The translations under genes and the position numbers were made by a program. From Zootoca vivipara (taxonomy: Eukaryota): 64,000 nucleotides of DNA. This document shows, piece by piece, positions 1 through 11,196 of the stretch; position 1 is the first letter of the stretch, and each line of letters starts with the position of its first letter. The notes below the pieces were generated by a model. That model ran no database searches, was not told where the DNA came from, and worked only from the letters and a program-made list of their open reading frames with translations. Where the stretch lies: the NCBI RefSeq assembly GCF_963506605.1, contig NC_083282.1:95790001-95854000 (forward strand). The letters run 5' to 3'.

Positions 1-1997
1 CAACCTCCCTCCCTCCCAGCAGATGGAACTGCAAAAATGGGGAAGGGGGAGCAGCCTGGTGCAACAGATCCAGTACCCAAACTGGGCATGGGGGGGGGGG
101 GCAAGGCTGGCCCGATCTCCTTTTCTGACCCCACACCCCTTATCTCCTGCTTTTAGGGAGACAAAAGGAGGCTGTGACTTGGCCAGGCCTGGAAAGAGGT
201 GCAGGGGCTTGCAAATGGCATTAAGGCCCAAAGGACTCCCTTCCTTTTCTTCCAGGATCTGAGGACCAGCTGAGGTGGGGGGGCAGGAAGGTGTCTAACA
301 GGGTGGGGCAGCCTCAGGCCTTCCCCCCACAGCCTAGCCCTGTGGCGGATGCAGGAGGGCCAGGCTTGTGGGGGAGGGCTTTTGCCAAGCTCTGGGTGAA
401 AAGTTCCCCCTGCCCCAGCTGCCCACTTGGGGCGGGCATGGGCATGCATGGCCCTCTCTGCACTTCTTGATTGGCGCCCCCACCCCACCCCACCCCTGGC
501 TACCCTAGGCACCCCCAGCCTGACTGCAGCAACACACACCCACACCCCAGCCTGGAACTGCGACTGCTCCTGCTTGCTGGATTGTCACAATTAAGACAAT
601 GAAATATTTAGACAGGAATAAATAACGAGGCAAAGGCTGGTAATGAGGGGAGGCCGCCCAGGCCTGACAAGGTGTAAATCAGGACTCCCTCCCTCCCTCC
701 CTCCTGCTGCTGCACTTAGCTATTTCTGCACCCAGGAAAGACTTCCAGGTCTGCCTCTGCCCCCTCCCTTGCAACCGGCACCAGGAGCAGGTTCAGTGGG
801 GGGGGAGGCAGGGGGCCTCTGACACTAACTGCCCTGCTGTGGCCATGTCCCCATAAGCGTCTCCTGCCCTGCGTGTCTGGGGAAGGGCTCAGTGGCCCTG
901 GCATGGGGTTCCCTAAAAGCGCCCTGGCTAATTCCATTCTGGAAAGAAAACCTTGCATGGAATCGTAGAATCACAGAGCTGGCCGGGACCCCCAAGGGTC
1001 ATCCGGTCCAACCCCCTGTAATGCAGGAACCACAACTCAAAAATCCCTGAAAGGGAGCCATCCAAACTCTGTTTGAAAAACTTCCCTATTTTCACTGTCT
1101 CTTAACTATCGCAGGCACTTGCTGCTCCCTTTCCTTTGCACCCATCCAGGTCAGGCTCCAGAGAGCTGCCCTCTCAGCTTGCCCACCTCCCCACCTGGCA
1201 CTCTTGCTCACCCCCAGCTCTGGTGGTGATGGTGGTGGTGGAGGCCCCCTCCGTCCTGGGGGAGCCAAGGGAGGGGTTGCCCCTGGTCCCAACGGCCTCC
1301 TGGCATCTGAAGGCTGGAGGGCTGCATAGAACCCAACGGTGAAAATGTCCTGGAAGGCCTGTAAATGCCGCTTTGGTCATCGCGATAACTCCAGGACTAA
1401 GTGTTAGTTGCTGCAAAAATAAATTCACACAGGTTTGGATCCCATGATGTTTTGGTTCAGTTCATTGGGAGAGGAGAGGCTTTGACGCTGGCTGCCTGTC
1501 AGCTCTTCCCTTGACCTGAGAGATGGAGGAGAGCTGGGAAGGGGCCTCCAAGTCAGAGGAGAACCCATTGGGCTCCTAGCTTGCTGGGTGTAGAAGTAGC
1601 GCTTCACATATTAGCACCTCACAGACAAGTCATGACACCTGCCTGCTGCTTTGGCATCTGCCAGGAGTCTGTAAAGGCAGCAGGGCTCTGCAGGGAACGT
1701 TGAAAGCTCTCGCCTTTCTTTCATGAAGCAACAAAAGCGGTCCTTCCCTTCTGGCGTTCCTGACATCCCTCTGGTCTCCCTGCAGCCAGCCAGCCACTCG
1801 CTCAGAGCCTCCTTTGGGCCTGCGGATCAGGACATATAATCCAGATTTCATGAATGCCTGGCAGCTTTAGCCAAAGTCAGGAGGAAAAGACTGTGTTGCG
1901 CCCTCCCCTGTCGGAGCCAGAGGCCTCTGGGTGCCACTTGCTGGGTCAACCGAGCTGAGAAGAGGAGCCTCGACTAGATGGGCCTCCCTTGGCCTCA

Positions 1998-1999
<2 letters not shown>

Positions 2000-2029
<30 letters not shown>
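2000..2029. repeat. (CTG)10 microsatellite
   Basis: Perfect trinucleotide run in non-coding sequence. Confidence 0.95.
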
Positions 2030-2030
<1 letters not shown>

Positions 2031-2459
2031 AGGGCTTCTCTGGTCTTTTTTTGTCCCTCCTGATTTTATAAATACAGTGTCTATAAATAGAAAAATATTT
2101 ATGTTACACATTTCTAGCTTATTTAATATGACTTGATAAAGTGCTTCATTGGTTAAATATGAGCATAAAAGTTTCTACAATTTCTATATACTGTACAGGG
2201 AACAGAGATTTCCTTGTTCTTGCCCCTCCTTGGTCCAGTGAACCAGCTTCATTTTCAATGCAGCTCTCCTGCCTTGCCTTGCCTTCTCTCCCTCTTGTCA
2301 GATTTGTAAGTTGTCATAAAGGCCTTGGGCAAACACAAGAGGGCCACGAAGTCGTTCCTGGGGGAAGAAGGTGCTCCCAAATTTTCATGTTAATAAAAAG
2401 GTTACCATTCCTTGGAATGATGCTTTTGAGATATGCAGAGTGTAACCGTGGGATCTATG

Positions 2460-3520
2460 AGCTGGAGGGGGGGGACCGACGTCCAGGCGCCGTAGAAAGC
2501 GGCTTCCCAGCGACGCCAGGCGGGTGGGGGGCTGAGTGCCCGGAGGGGAAGGGGCCTCCAGGAGGTCTTTGGGGACTCCCGGGGCGGGTCTCAGGACTCG
2601 GCGCCTGGCTCCGCTGCCCTTGCCTTTGGGGGGCGATGGCTGGGGGGGGGCACTGGGGGGGGGTCTCCCGGCATAGGCAGCCCGCTGTGCCGCAGCCTCG
2701 ACGCGGCTCCGCACCGCCGCCGTAAATCACTCTTTGCCTTTCGCAGCAACAACTTAACGGGATTAATTTATTGCGCCCTGTCTTTAACAAACATCATTAT
2801 CATATCGCCATGCAGGATTATGCAAATCCGGGGGGCGGCAACGAGCGGAGCCTCTCGCCAACGGCACCTTCGCTTCGCTCCTCGACGGGGCGGGAGGGAG
2901 ATCTCCCCCCCCCCAAAAAAGTATCCTGCGCACTCGCTCGGCAGAGGAAAGGCGCCCCCACGACGAGCCCGGCTTCCACCAGCAGGCGCGGACTGGACCT
3001 GCAGAGACCCCCGGGCTCCGGATGCTGGCACCGGGAAGAGGGCGTCGGGGGGCTCGTGGGCGCAACTGCGTTGCGACGGCCTCGCCAGAACGGCCTTCGA
3101 AACACTCGAGGAGCCAAGCGGACGCCGCCGCGGGCTGCCCCGTCCCTCCCCTCCCTCGCCACGCGGCGGCCAGGACATCCCCGCCCCGTCCAAGCAGCGG
3201 CGCCGAGCAGTCAGGCCGCCTCCCTCTTAGGCACGTGGTCGCCCAGCTCGCGGGCCGGCGGGGGCTTGCTTGCAGAACCGCTCCCACGGGGCTGCCAGGT
3301 TCATGGGAACCGGACAGAGCCTCGCTCGCTCCTCCTGCCCTCCAGGTCTCGATGCGCCCCGGGAAAGGCGGCGTGGAAGCACGGCGGCCACTGTGCGCTG
3401 TTGGGGAGGGGCACCAGCGCCATGCAAGCCCCCCCCCTCCCTAAATCTGGCACGGACCCCCGTTAGAAGCCGCGCCTGGAAGCGCTCAGAGGCCTGGGGA
3501 AGAAGACCCCCGAGGGTCGT
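2460..3520. promoter_or_regulatory. Orphan CpG island with an embedded AT-rich motif cluster
   Basis: High CpG density, no recognisable coding exon, octamer ATGCAAAT at 2820-2827, E-box CACGTG near 3232. Confidence 0.55.
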
Positions 3521-5620
3521 GCCCAGCCAGCATCTGCAGGGCAGGCAAGACCCGATTCCCCAGCTCAGCTTCCAGCTACCGTACACTCTTCCGGCTGCGC
3601 TCCTCCCTGGACTGGATAGTCTGGACTCTGTCAACTGCGCTCTTGTAACCTCCCGGTTAGATTCCTGCAACGCATTATGCATGGGGCTGCCTCTGAAGAC
3701 AGTTCTTGGAAACTTCAGCTGCTGCAGAATTTGGCAACCAGGTTGTTCATTGGGGCAAGACGGTGGGAGAATTTTACACCCATCCTGGTCCAACTGCATA
3801 GGCTGCCTATTAGTTTCTGGGCCCAAGGAGGGAGAACTTCACAGAGCCAGAGTAATCTCTCCCATTTTCTCATGCCACTGCAACAGGGGGCTGCTGTTCC
3901 CCCACAAGGGGTCCCTCCGGAGCCCCAGAGCAAAGAGCACTTGCATCCTGCCATGGATCCAGCCCAGAGTGGGGGGGGGAGGCCTGTCCCTGGACGGGAG
4001 CCAGACCCCTCTCCTCTGCGCCCTTGTGCCCAGGCACCTGGTGCCGCCGTTTGTCATTCCCTAAATGCCAGCGCTGTAGGCAAGGCTGATGAAGGAGCCA
4101 CCGGAATGAAGTCTCCTTGCTGCTTTTTATTGCAGGATCACCGCTTGGATTTATGAGGCCTGAGTGAGTCTCATTTCTCTGGCAAGGCAGAGGGAGTAAT
4201 TAACTATTAATAAAAGTATTACCAAGCTCCCCACAGGGGCTGCTTAATTCATGGGGCAGGAAAGGGCAGCGTAAGGTGGCTGCCTCTGCAGCGGCCGCCT
4301 GCCTTAGCACCAGCCTTGCTGGCTGCCAGAGAAGAGGACCAGGACCCGGACCAGGCAGCATCTCTTGCTCGGAAACTGGCAGGTAAGGGCACTGTAGCTG
4401 TGGCCCTCAGCAGCTGGGAGGGGCAAAGCCTTTTCTCTGCCACTTGAAGGAGATGCCAGGGAGGGAGACGTCTGCCTTGAGCCCATGGAGGGCCCAGGGC
4501 CAAGTGCCAGGCTGACCCCAGGTCCCAGAGCCTCCATCTGCCTCACAGCCCTCAACCCCCCCCCCCCCCAGTGGAGGCAGGAAGCCTGGTCTACCTTTAC
4601 AGCAGAGCTGGAAGGGTTGCTGAAATGATGGCATGGAACATACCTGGAATACCTAAGAGGAAATGCTCTGTAAAGACTTAAGTCTTATCGCTGGGGAAAT
4701 GATGGAGTTCCTCCGACAGTGACTGTAGCTCACAACTTGTGCTCCCAAGTATATTAATAGCAACTGTCAGCTGAGGCACAATTGGTTGTGTCAACTGGCC
4801 GTGGGAGAAGCACAGGGAGCCCCAGAATTAAACACCAGCCTCCTCCTAGGCCTGGGTCACTAGAGGCCGAATTCTTCAAGGCCTGCCCCCTTCCTTCCAT
4901 GACCCCACACATCACAACCTGCTCTGACTCCTGGTCCTGACTTAGCCCCTGAAGGAAGCCCACCTTGTGCTTTCTGCGGTTTTAGAAGAACAAAATCTTT
5001 GTTTTCACATCTCTGGCCGAATGCCTTTGTTCACTTTTAAGACCGTGATGTGGGCACCAGTCACAAAACGGCAACCATGTGAGCATGGCATAACACAAAG
5101 TTAGAGCAGTCACTGTGGCTTCTTCCTCAGCCTCAGGTTCCCATGAGAAGTCAGCTGTGTCCTGCTGCTTGTTAAGTTCTGTGCTCCCCCCACTAGGGAG
5201 CATTTCTCAGCACCAGCAAAAATGTACCAGGTGCCTATGAAAACTCTCTCATGCACATGGACACCCGACACACACATGCATTGCTCACCTCTCACCACAA
5301 ATGCACCTCCCCTCTCTCTGCCCAAATGCATCTCTCCCAGACCAGACCACAGTCTCTCCTCTCCTTACAAAGCCCACCTCCCTCTCTCTCATATATGGGC
5401 ATCCATTTTTCTGGGGGGAGGGGGAGGAAACCCTGAAAGGCAGAAGGATAATTTCTCTCTCTCACGCACGAAAAGATTGCTGTCCATATCTGTTGCCTCA
5501 TATCTTTCGAAAGATGCTTCAACCTTACATTAAAAAAAAAAAAGGAAAGCTGTGAATCTAGGAATTCAAGTTCATCCTAGGGGCACCGGAGGAGCAGCAG
5601 CACTGTATGTGAAGGACATG

Positions 5621-6420
5621 TAATAATAATAATAATAATAATAATAATTAATACCAGGGGTCCCCAGACTTACCAGGCTTCGGGCCGGTGCCCGCCGCGC
5701 CAACCGTGCAGCGGGCCGGAGGGCAGGGGAGTGCGCGCGCAGCGGGCCAGAGGGCGGGGGAGTGCGCGCCCGTGCGCATGCGCACACGCACACGGTCGGA
5801 AAAAAAATCGCCGAAAATCACTTGTGCGCATGCGTATGGGCCTCCCCCAACCCGGAAGTGCATCGGAAATGACCTCTTCTGGGTCGGGAGAGGCCCATAC
5901 GCATGCGCACAAAGGATTTTTGGCGATTTTTTGCCGATTTTTAAGATCGCCGCCGCGCCGTAAGAGTGGGTGGCGGCAGCGGGCCGGATTGGGAGGCCAA
6001 TTGGGCCGCATCCAGCCTGGGGGCCGTAGTTTGGGGACCCCTGATTTATACCCTACCCATCTGACTGGGTTTCCCCAGCCACTCTGGGAGGCTCCCAATC
6101 GAATATTAAAAACACAATAAAGTGGTTACAGACGCTTTGGGTTACAAACTCTGCTAACCAGGAAGTAGTTGCTCCAGGTTAAGTTCTTTACCCCAGGATA
6201 AGAATGGAAATCGCGCACCAGCGGCAGCAAGAGGCCCCATTAGCGAAAGCACGCCTCAGCTTAAGAACCATTTCAGGTGAAGAACGGACCTCTGGAACGA
6301 ATTAAGTTCTTAACCAGAGGTACAGCATTAAACATTTAAAAACTTCCCTAAACAGGGCTGCCTTCCAGTGTCTTTTAAAAGTAGGATATTTGCCGAGCAT
6401 CTGAGCAGCAGGGACCAGGG
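5621..6420 (-). mobile_element. L2-like LINE 3' fragment with (TAA)n tail, twice interrupted
   Basis: (TAA)9 followed by CCCATCTG.CTGGGTTTCCCCAGCCACTCTGGG; the same sequence occurs at about 48365-48450. Other L2-like relics at about 3640-3830 and 44385-44810. Confidence 0.6.
5655..6043. mobile_element. CpG-rich non-autonomous hAT element
   Basis: TIR CAGGGGTCCCCA / TGGGGACCCCTG, TSD ATTAATAC/ATTTATAC (7/8), inserted in the tail of an L2-like fragment. Confidence 0.85.
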
Positions 6421-8606
6421 AATGCGAGGGTTGCTGCCGAGGGGCTCCTGCCTTGCTGCCTGTGGACCTTCCTGTTGCAGCACCTGGCTGGCCACAGTGG
6501 GAGAACAGGACAGGTGAGGTGCCCTCCACCTTTGGCCTGATCCAGCAGGAGGAGCTTAGCTTTTACAGCTTGAGTGGCAGCTGCTTGCTCACCCATCTCC
6601 AGCAGCCCTCAGCTGGATCAGGGGGCAAATGCCATGGGGCCATCGAAGTGTTCCTTCCCAGCGCCCCCTGGAAACGGCTCCACAGCTTGGAGCCCAGGAG
6701 GAACCTGCAAAGCACGGCAGGACCCACTGCCTGGGAAGGAGAGGGCTCAGAGTCCCTACTGCCAATCTGGTCCCAACCAGCCTCAAACGAGGTGACGGGC
6801 ACAGCCTCCTCAGCCCCAAAGCCCGGGAGGGGAGAATCTGTGGGGGGGCCCTCCAGAGGTTGGACTCCAGCCCCCCTTCCGCTCTTGCCAGCAGGCCCAA
6901 CAGCCAGGGATGCGGAGAGCTGGAAGTCCCACAAGTCCCCAGACCCCCCCCCCCAACCTGGGCCCTCCAAGCTGCTGAGGCTGTCACTTGGCAGCTGCAG
7001 GCCAAACACATGCAGGAGGAAGCAGCAGCCCAACAGACCGGTGCCTGGCACAGCAGCGCCACCTGCTGCCCGCTTCCTGAGTGTGGCCAAAGCCACTGGG
7101 GCAGCAGGAGAGAACACACCTGTCTCTTCCTGCCGACTCCCCAAGATTAGTGTGCTTGGCCGTCCAGGTTTCCGTCACAGGAGATGCTTCCATCCCACCA
7201 TGAATCACGGTTTTTTAAATTCTTCAAAGGCTGCTGTGGCTAAGGCTAAGCCAGGCTCGCCTGAAGGCGTCCTTCTTCCTCTGGGCCCCTTCAGACTGGC
7301 AACTCCGCCTTGCTTCAGTTCTCAGGCTTTGAGGAAGGGCAAAGGGCAAAGGGCAAGAGGCCCCCTCCCCCTCCCCCTCCCCTGATGCCCAAGGGCAGCT
7401 GCCTCCTCCCTCCTCCCCTTCCATCTTTCCAGGGAAGAGGCCCCAAGGCCGTTCCTCATGCTGCTCTCTGCAGCGGCTTCTCTGCTGCTGCTGCACGGTC
7501 CGTTTTTGAGGTGGGTTAGATGATTTCATGGCTGATTTCCACTCTTGCTTGCTTTTGGCAACTCCCTCTCCCCCCCCCCCCCCGGCCATTTCCAGTTTTC
7601 TATTCCCACTGTCACTTCCAGCTTATGCAAAGGATCCTTCCCATGTTGAGATACCCTGCACAGAGACGGGGCCTTCTTCAGCATGGCTCCCCCAGAACCA
7701 ACGCAAGCACACAGCAACACCCCTGGCCTCCCACAGCTCATGCCACAGAAGAGTGGCTGACCCCTGGTCACTCCAGTCGTGCCCAGCATCGAGGAGGAAA
7801 GGGCTGACAGGCAGAACTCTGGGGCACCTCCCAACTCCTTCCTGTTTGTGGAGCCTGGTTGGGGCAGAGCGCCTGGGGGCCAAGAAGCCCCCCTCCTCAG
7901 CAGGGGGGCAGGGGCAGAGCTCAGCACCGCAAAGGCAGGTCCCAGAGGTTCTTGGGACTGAGAGGTGGGGCTGGACGTGGGTGCAGGGACACGGCTCCTT
8001 GGCAGGTCTGGATCTGTGGCCTGACACTGCAGAACACCTTCCCCTCCAGGCGAGGGAGAAGATGGGTGTCTTTCTTCACAATCGCCCCTTTTCCAAAAGA
8101 TTGCAGAGTCAACAATTGACACTAAAAACATTTAAGACAGACAGACAATTACACTTCCTTTGTTAAGAAGTTTATAGGGTGCCTTTGGATGCTTGAAAGC
8201 AGCTGTGCGTTTTGTGGGGAATGTACATTTCAGCCCCACCCCCACCCCCGGCATATCCTGCTCTTGAGAGTCTCCCTGGCAGCTTTGTGGATTCTCTGCA
8301 TCTCTGCTCTTCAACTAAACACAATTGCCCAGGTGCCTCGGAAGGACCATTGTAGTTGCATCTTGAAATAAGAGCACCGACCGCAAATTAGGAAAAGGGC
8401 AGGCATGAAGCCAGTTCACGGGGGCCTTAGAGAAGGCGAGGAGCAAATTGTCCCTGCAAATCAAAGGTCAGGCAGACAATGGGACCAGGAGGACAAAGCC
8501 TTTTGCTCAGGGCATCAGGGAGACAAGGGACAGCCCATGAGGCAGCCAGGCCTGACCCTAACCCTCCTCAGCCGTGGAATGAAGGTCACTAACTTAACTC
8601 CAATGG

Positions 8607-8885
8607 CTCTAGTTACAGGTAGGTAGCCGTGTTGGTCTGAGTCGAAACAAAATAAAAAAATTCCTTCAGTAGCACCTTAAAGACCAACTAAGTTTTTATT
8701 TTGGTATGAGCTTTCGTGTGCATGCACACTTCGTCAGATACACTGAAACAGAATCCACCAGAATACATAAGGGTCTGGTGGATTCTGTTTCAGTGTATCT
8801 GACAAAGTGTGCATGCACACGAAAGCTCATACCAAAATAAAAACTTAGTTGGTCTTTAAGGTGCTACTGAAGGAATTTTTTAATT
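8607..8885. mobile_element. Penelope-like element terminus arranged as a near-perfect inverted repeat
   Basis: Arms 8655-8762 and 8774-8881, 11-nt loop, TSD TTAACTCCAATGG at 8594-8606 and 8886-8898. Confidence 0.8.
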
Positions 8886-11196
8886 TTAACTCCAATGGGG
8901 AATTCAAGAATCTTAACAAGCTCAGCAAAGAGGCAACTCTCCTCTCTTGCAGAAACTCCACTTCCCACCAAATGTTCCCAGAATATGAGGCACATTTAGC
9001 AGCCGTGGAAGGAAAGGACAGGTCCTCTCCTGGAAGGGCAACTGCTGGAACAGGAAGCAGTGAGGAGGAATGAACATCCTTTCATTCATGCAAAGAAGGA
9101 AATAAATAAATAAGAAAGGCTCCATGTAGGGAACCATGATTTTTAACTTGATCATAAAGGATCAGCAGAGAGCTGGTCAAGTTTATGGACATCATCACAT
9201 TATTCAGAGTGGTGAGGGGGAAATGGACAGCCAAGGGCTCCCCAGGGTTCCCCTCCTGCCACCAAGCAAGTCAGGTGACAAAATGGCAAATGTGGTTCAA
9301 TGTGATTGTTGGGTGAGGAAAGGGATCTTGAGGGTGCAGTCGCAGTGGGGAACTGCGCCATGGAAATGTCAAGTGAATGTGTCAAATCCCACGTTAGGGA
9401 TCCAAAGCAAAGCTGCCTACAGGATTCCAAGTGTGACCCTGTGAGAGATTTCCATAAGGTGTCATCTAATTTTCCTTATGGAAATTTATGGTGGCTAAAT
9501 ATGGGGTACAGTCTGGTTCTGCTCAGTTCATCTCCAGAAGGAAGCACAGCAGAGCTGGAAAAAGCTCTAGAAAAAGGCAGGCAAAATGTTCAAGGGTGAA
9601 AAAGCAACCAACCAACAGCCCCTCCCCCCTCCCCCAAAGATTAAAGGGCTGGAGCAGCTGCCCTTTGAGGAAAGGTTGCAACAGGCTGAGGTTAGAAAAT
9701 GGAGACATGATGGGTGAAATTGTGGGCCAAATGAGCAGAGCAAAGTTTCCCTCCCTCTCTCCTGCTACTAGAACCCAAGGAGGGTCAGGTCACCAAAGAA
9801 GAGGGAGATTTGGGGTGAGTGGAAGGAGGCCCTTCTTCACACAGTGAAGAGTTAAACTCTGGGATTTGCTCCCAGGAGAGGCAGTGGTGGCCACCAGCTC
9901 AGCTGGCTTGAGCCGGGGACAGTCCCAGAGGAAGAGGGACTGCAAGGGACAACTGGACAGAGAGCGCCTCCATGCCGCTTCCAGAAAATCAGGGTGGGAA
10001 GAGCCCTCCTGGGGGGGGGGCCTTCCTTGGGGGCATCTGACTGGCGACTCTGGGAGGCCGGAAGCTGGGCTGCATGGACCCACTTTGGTCCAACTAAACC
10101 ACAAGCACCACCATGACATATGAATGGATGGCACAGCTGCATTTCAGAATACCACGCACACCTGAATGGTGGCAGCGGCTGCCAGCGCCACCCCGTGTCT
10201 TTCTTGCCAGCTGCCCAGGGCCATTCTAAGCAGCCACAGCTGGAGATGAGGGGAACTGGCAAGGCTGCGATCCAAGACTTGCTCACTTGCAAATCTGGAT
10301 GACTTCCATGGGACTGACTTCCAAGCAAGGGTGAAGAGGGTGCAGGACCCTGAAATGCCACTCTCCAGAGCCCAGAGATGGGCAGTGGAAACTCCCAAAC
10401 TGGCCTCCAATGTCCTCATGATGACAGCAGTAAGGCAGCCTCACGCCACGCCCAGAGGGGAGCAGCGAGGGCTCCTCTTCACCCAGGCAGGCTCGAGTGG
10501 TCCAGGGCATTCTGCGTTCAGGGCTCCAGCTCCCAGCCTGCTTTCCCTAGGACTACCTTCCGGTCCTATGCCCATCTCTCTCTTTGCCCACACCCTGTCC
10601 CAAGTTTGTGGCAGGTTTCTACTGCTTACTCCAGTAGCTGGAGCTCTGAGTACCATCTCAGAAGCGCCTAGTTCTGAGACCACCCTGATGCCCCCCCCCT
10701 CCAAACTCCAGGGACCCAGAAGCAGAAAGCAAGAGGCTCTCGGCTGCTGCTCTGGCCTCAGCCCACTTTGGTCCCAACACACCTCCCAAAGCACCAGCTG
10801 CTCCTCCCCTCCCAACAGCCTTTCCGCTTCTCAACACATTCACATGGCACAGCCTCCGGCCCTGAGGGGCACGCAGACCAGAGGGCACAAAGAAGGGCGC
10901 AGAAAGGTGGCGCCCAGTGTCGCCATGCGCAAGGGCTCACAGGATGGCATGATCAGCCTCACTTTAAAGCCTCCCCCAAGCTCCCTCTCTGAGCCACTGA
11001 GACCCAACACAGCGCCTGCACCCACCCAGCTTCCTGGGGCTCCCCCACCCCCAAGATCTTTCCCATAGCACCAGGGCCCAAGTGCTTCAGCCTCTTCCCG
11101 TCTGAGGGGCACAAGACCACCCACCCCATTTGAAGCCCTCCGGGGTGGCCAGCTCCCCCTGCCTTGGGGCTCTCTTGGCTGAACTGCTGGCATGTT

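Noticed and set aside
2141-11068. Many 100-310 aa ORFs in the ORF track
   Set aside because: Pro/Gly/Arg/Ala-rich, overlapping in several frames, with no recognisable domain; expected by chance in GC-rich DNA.
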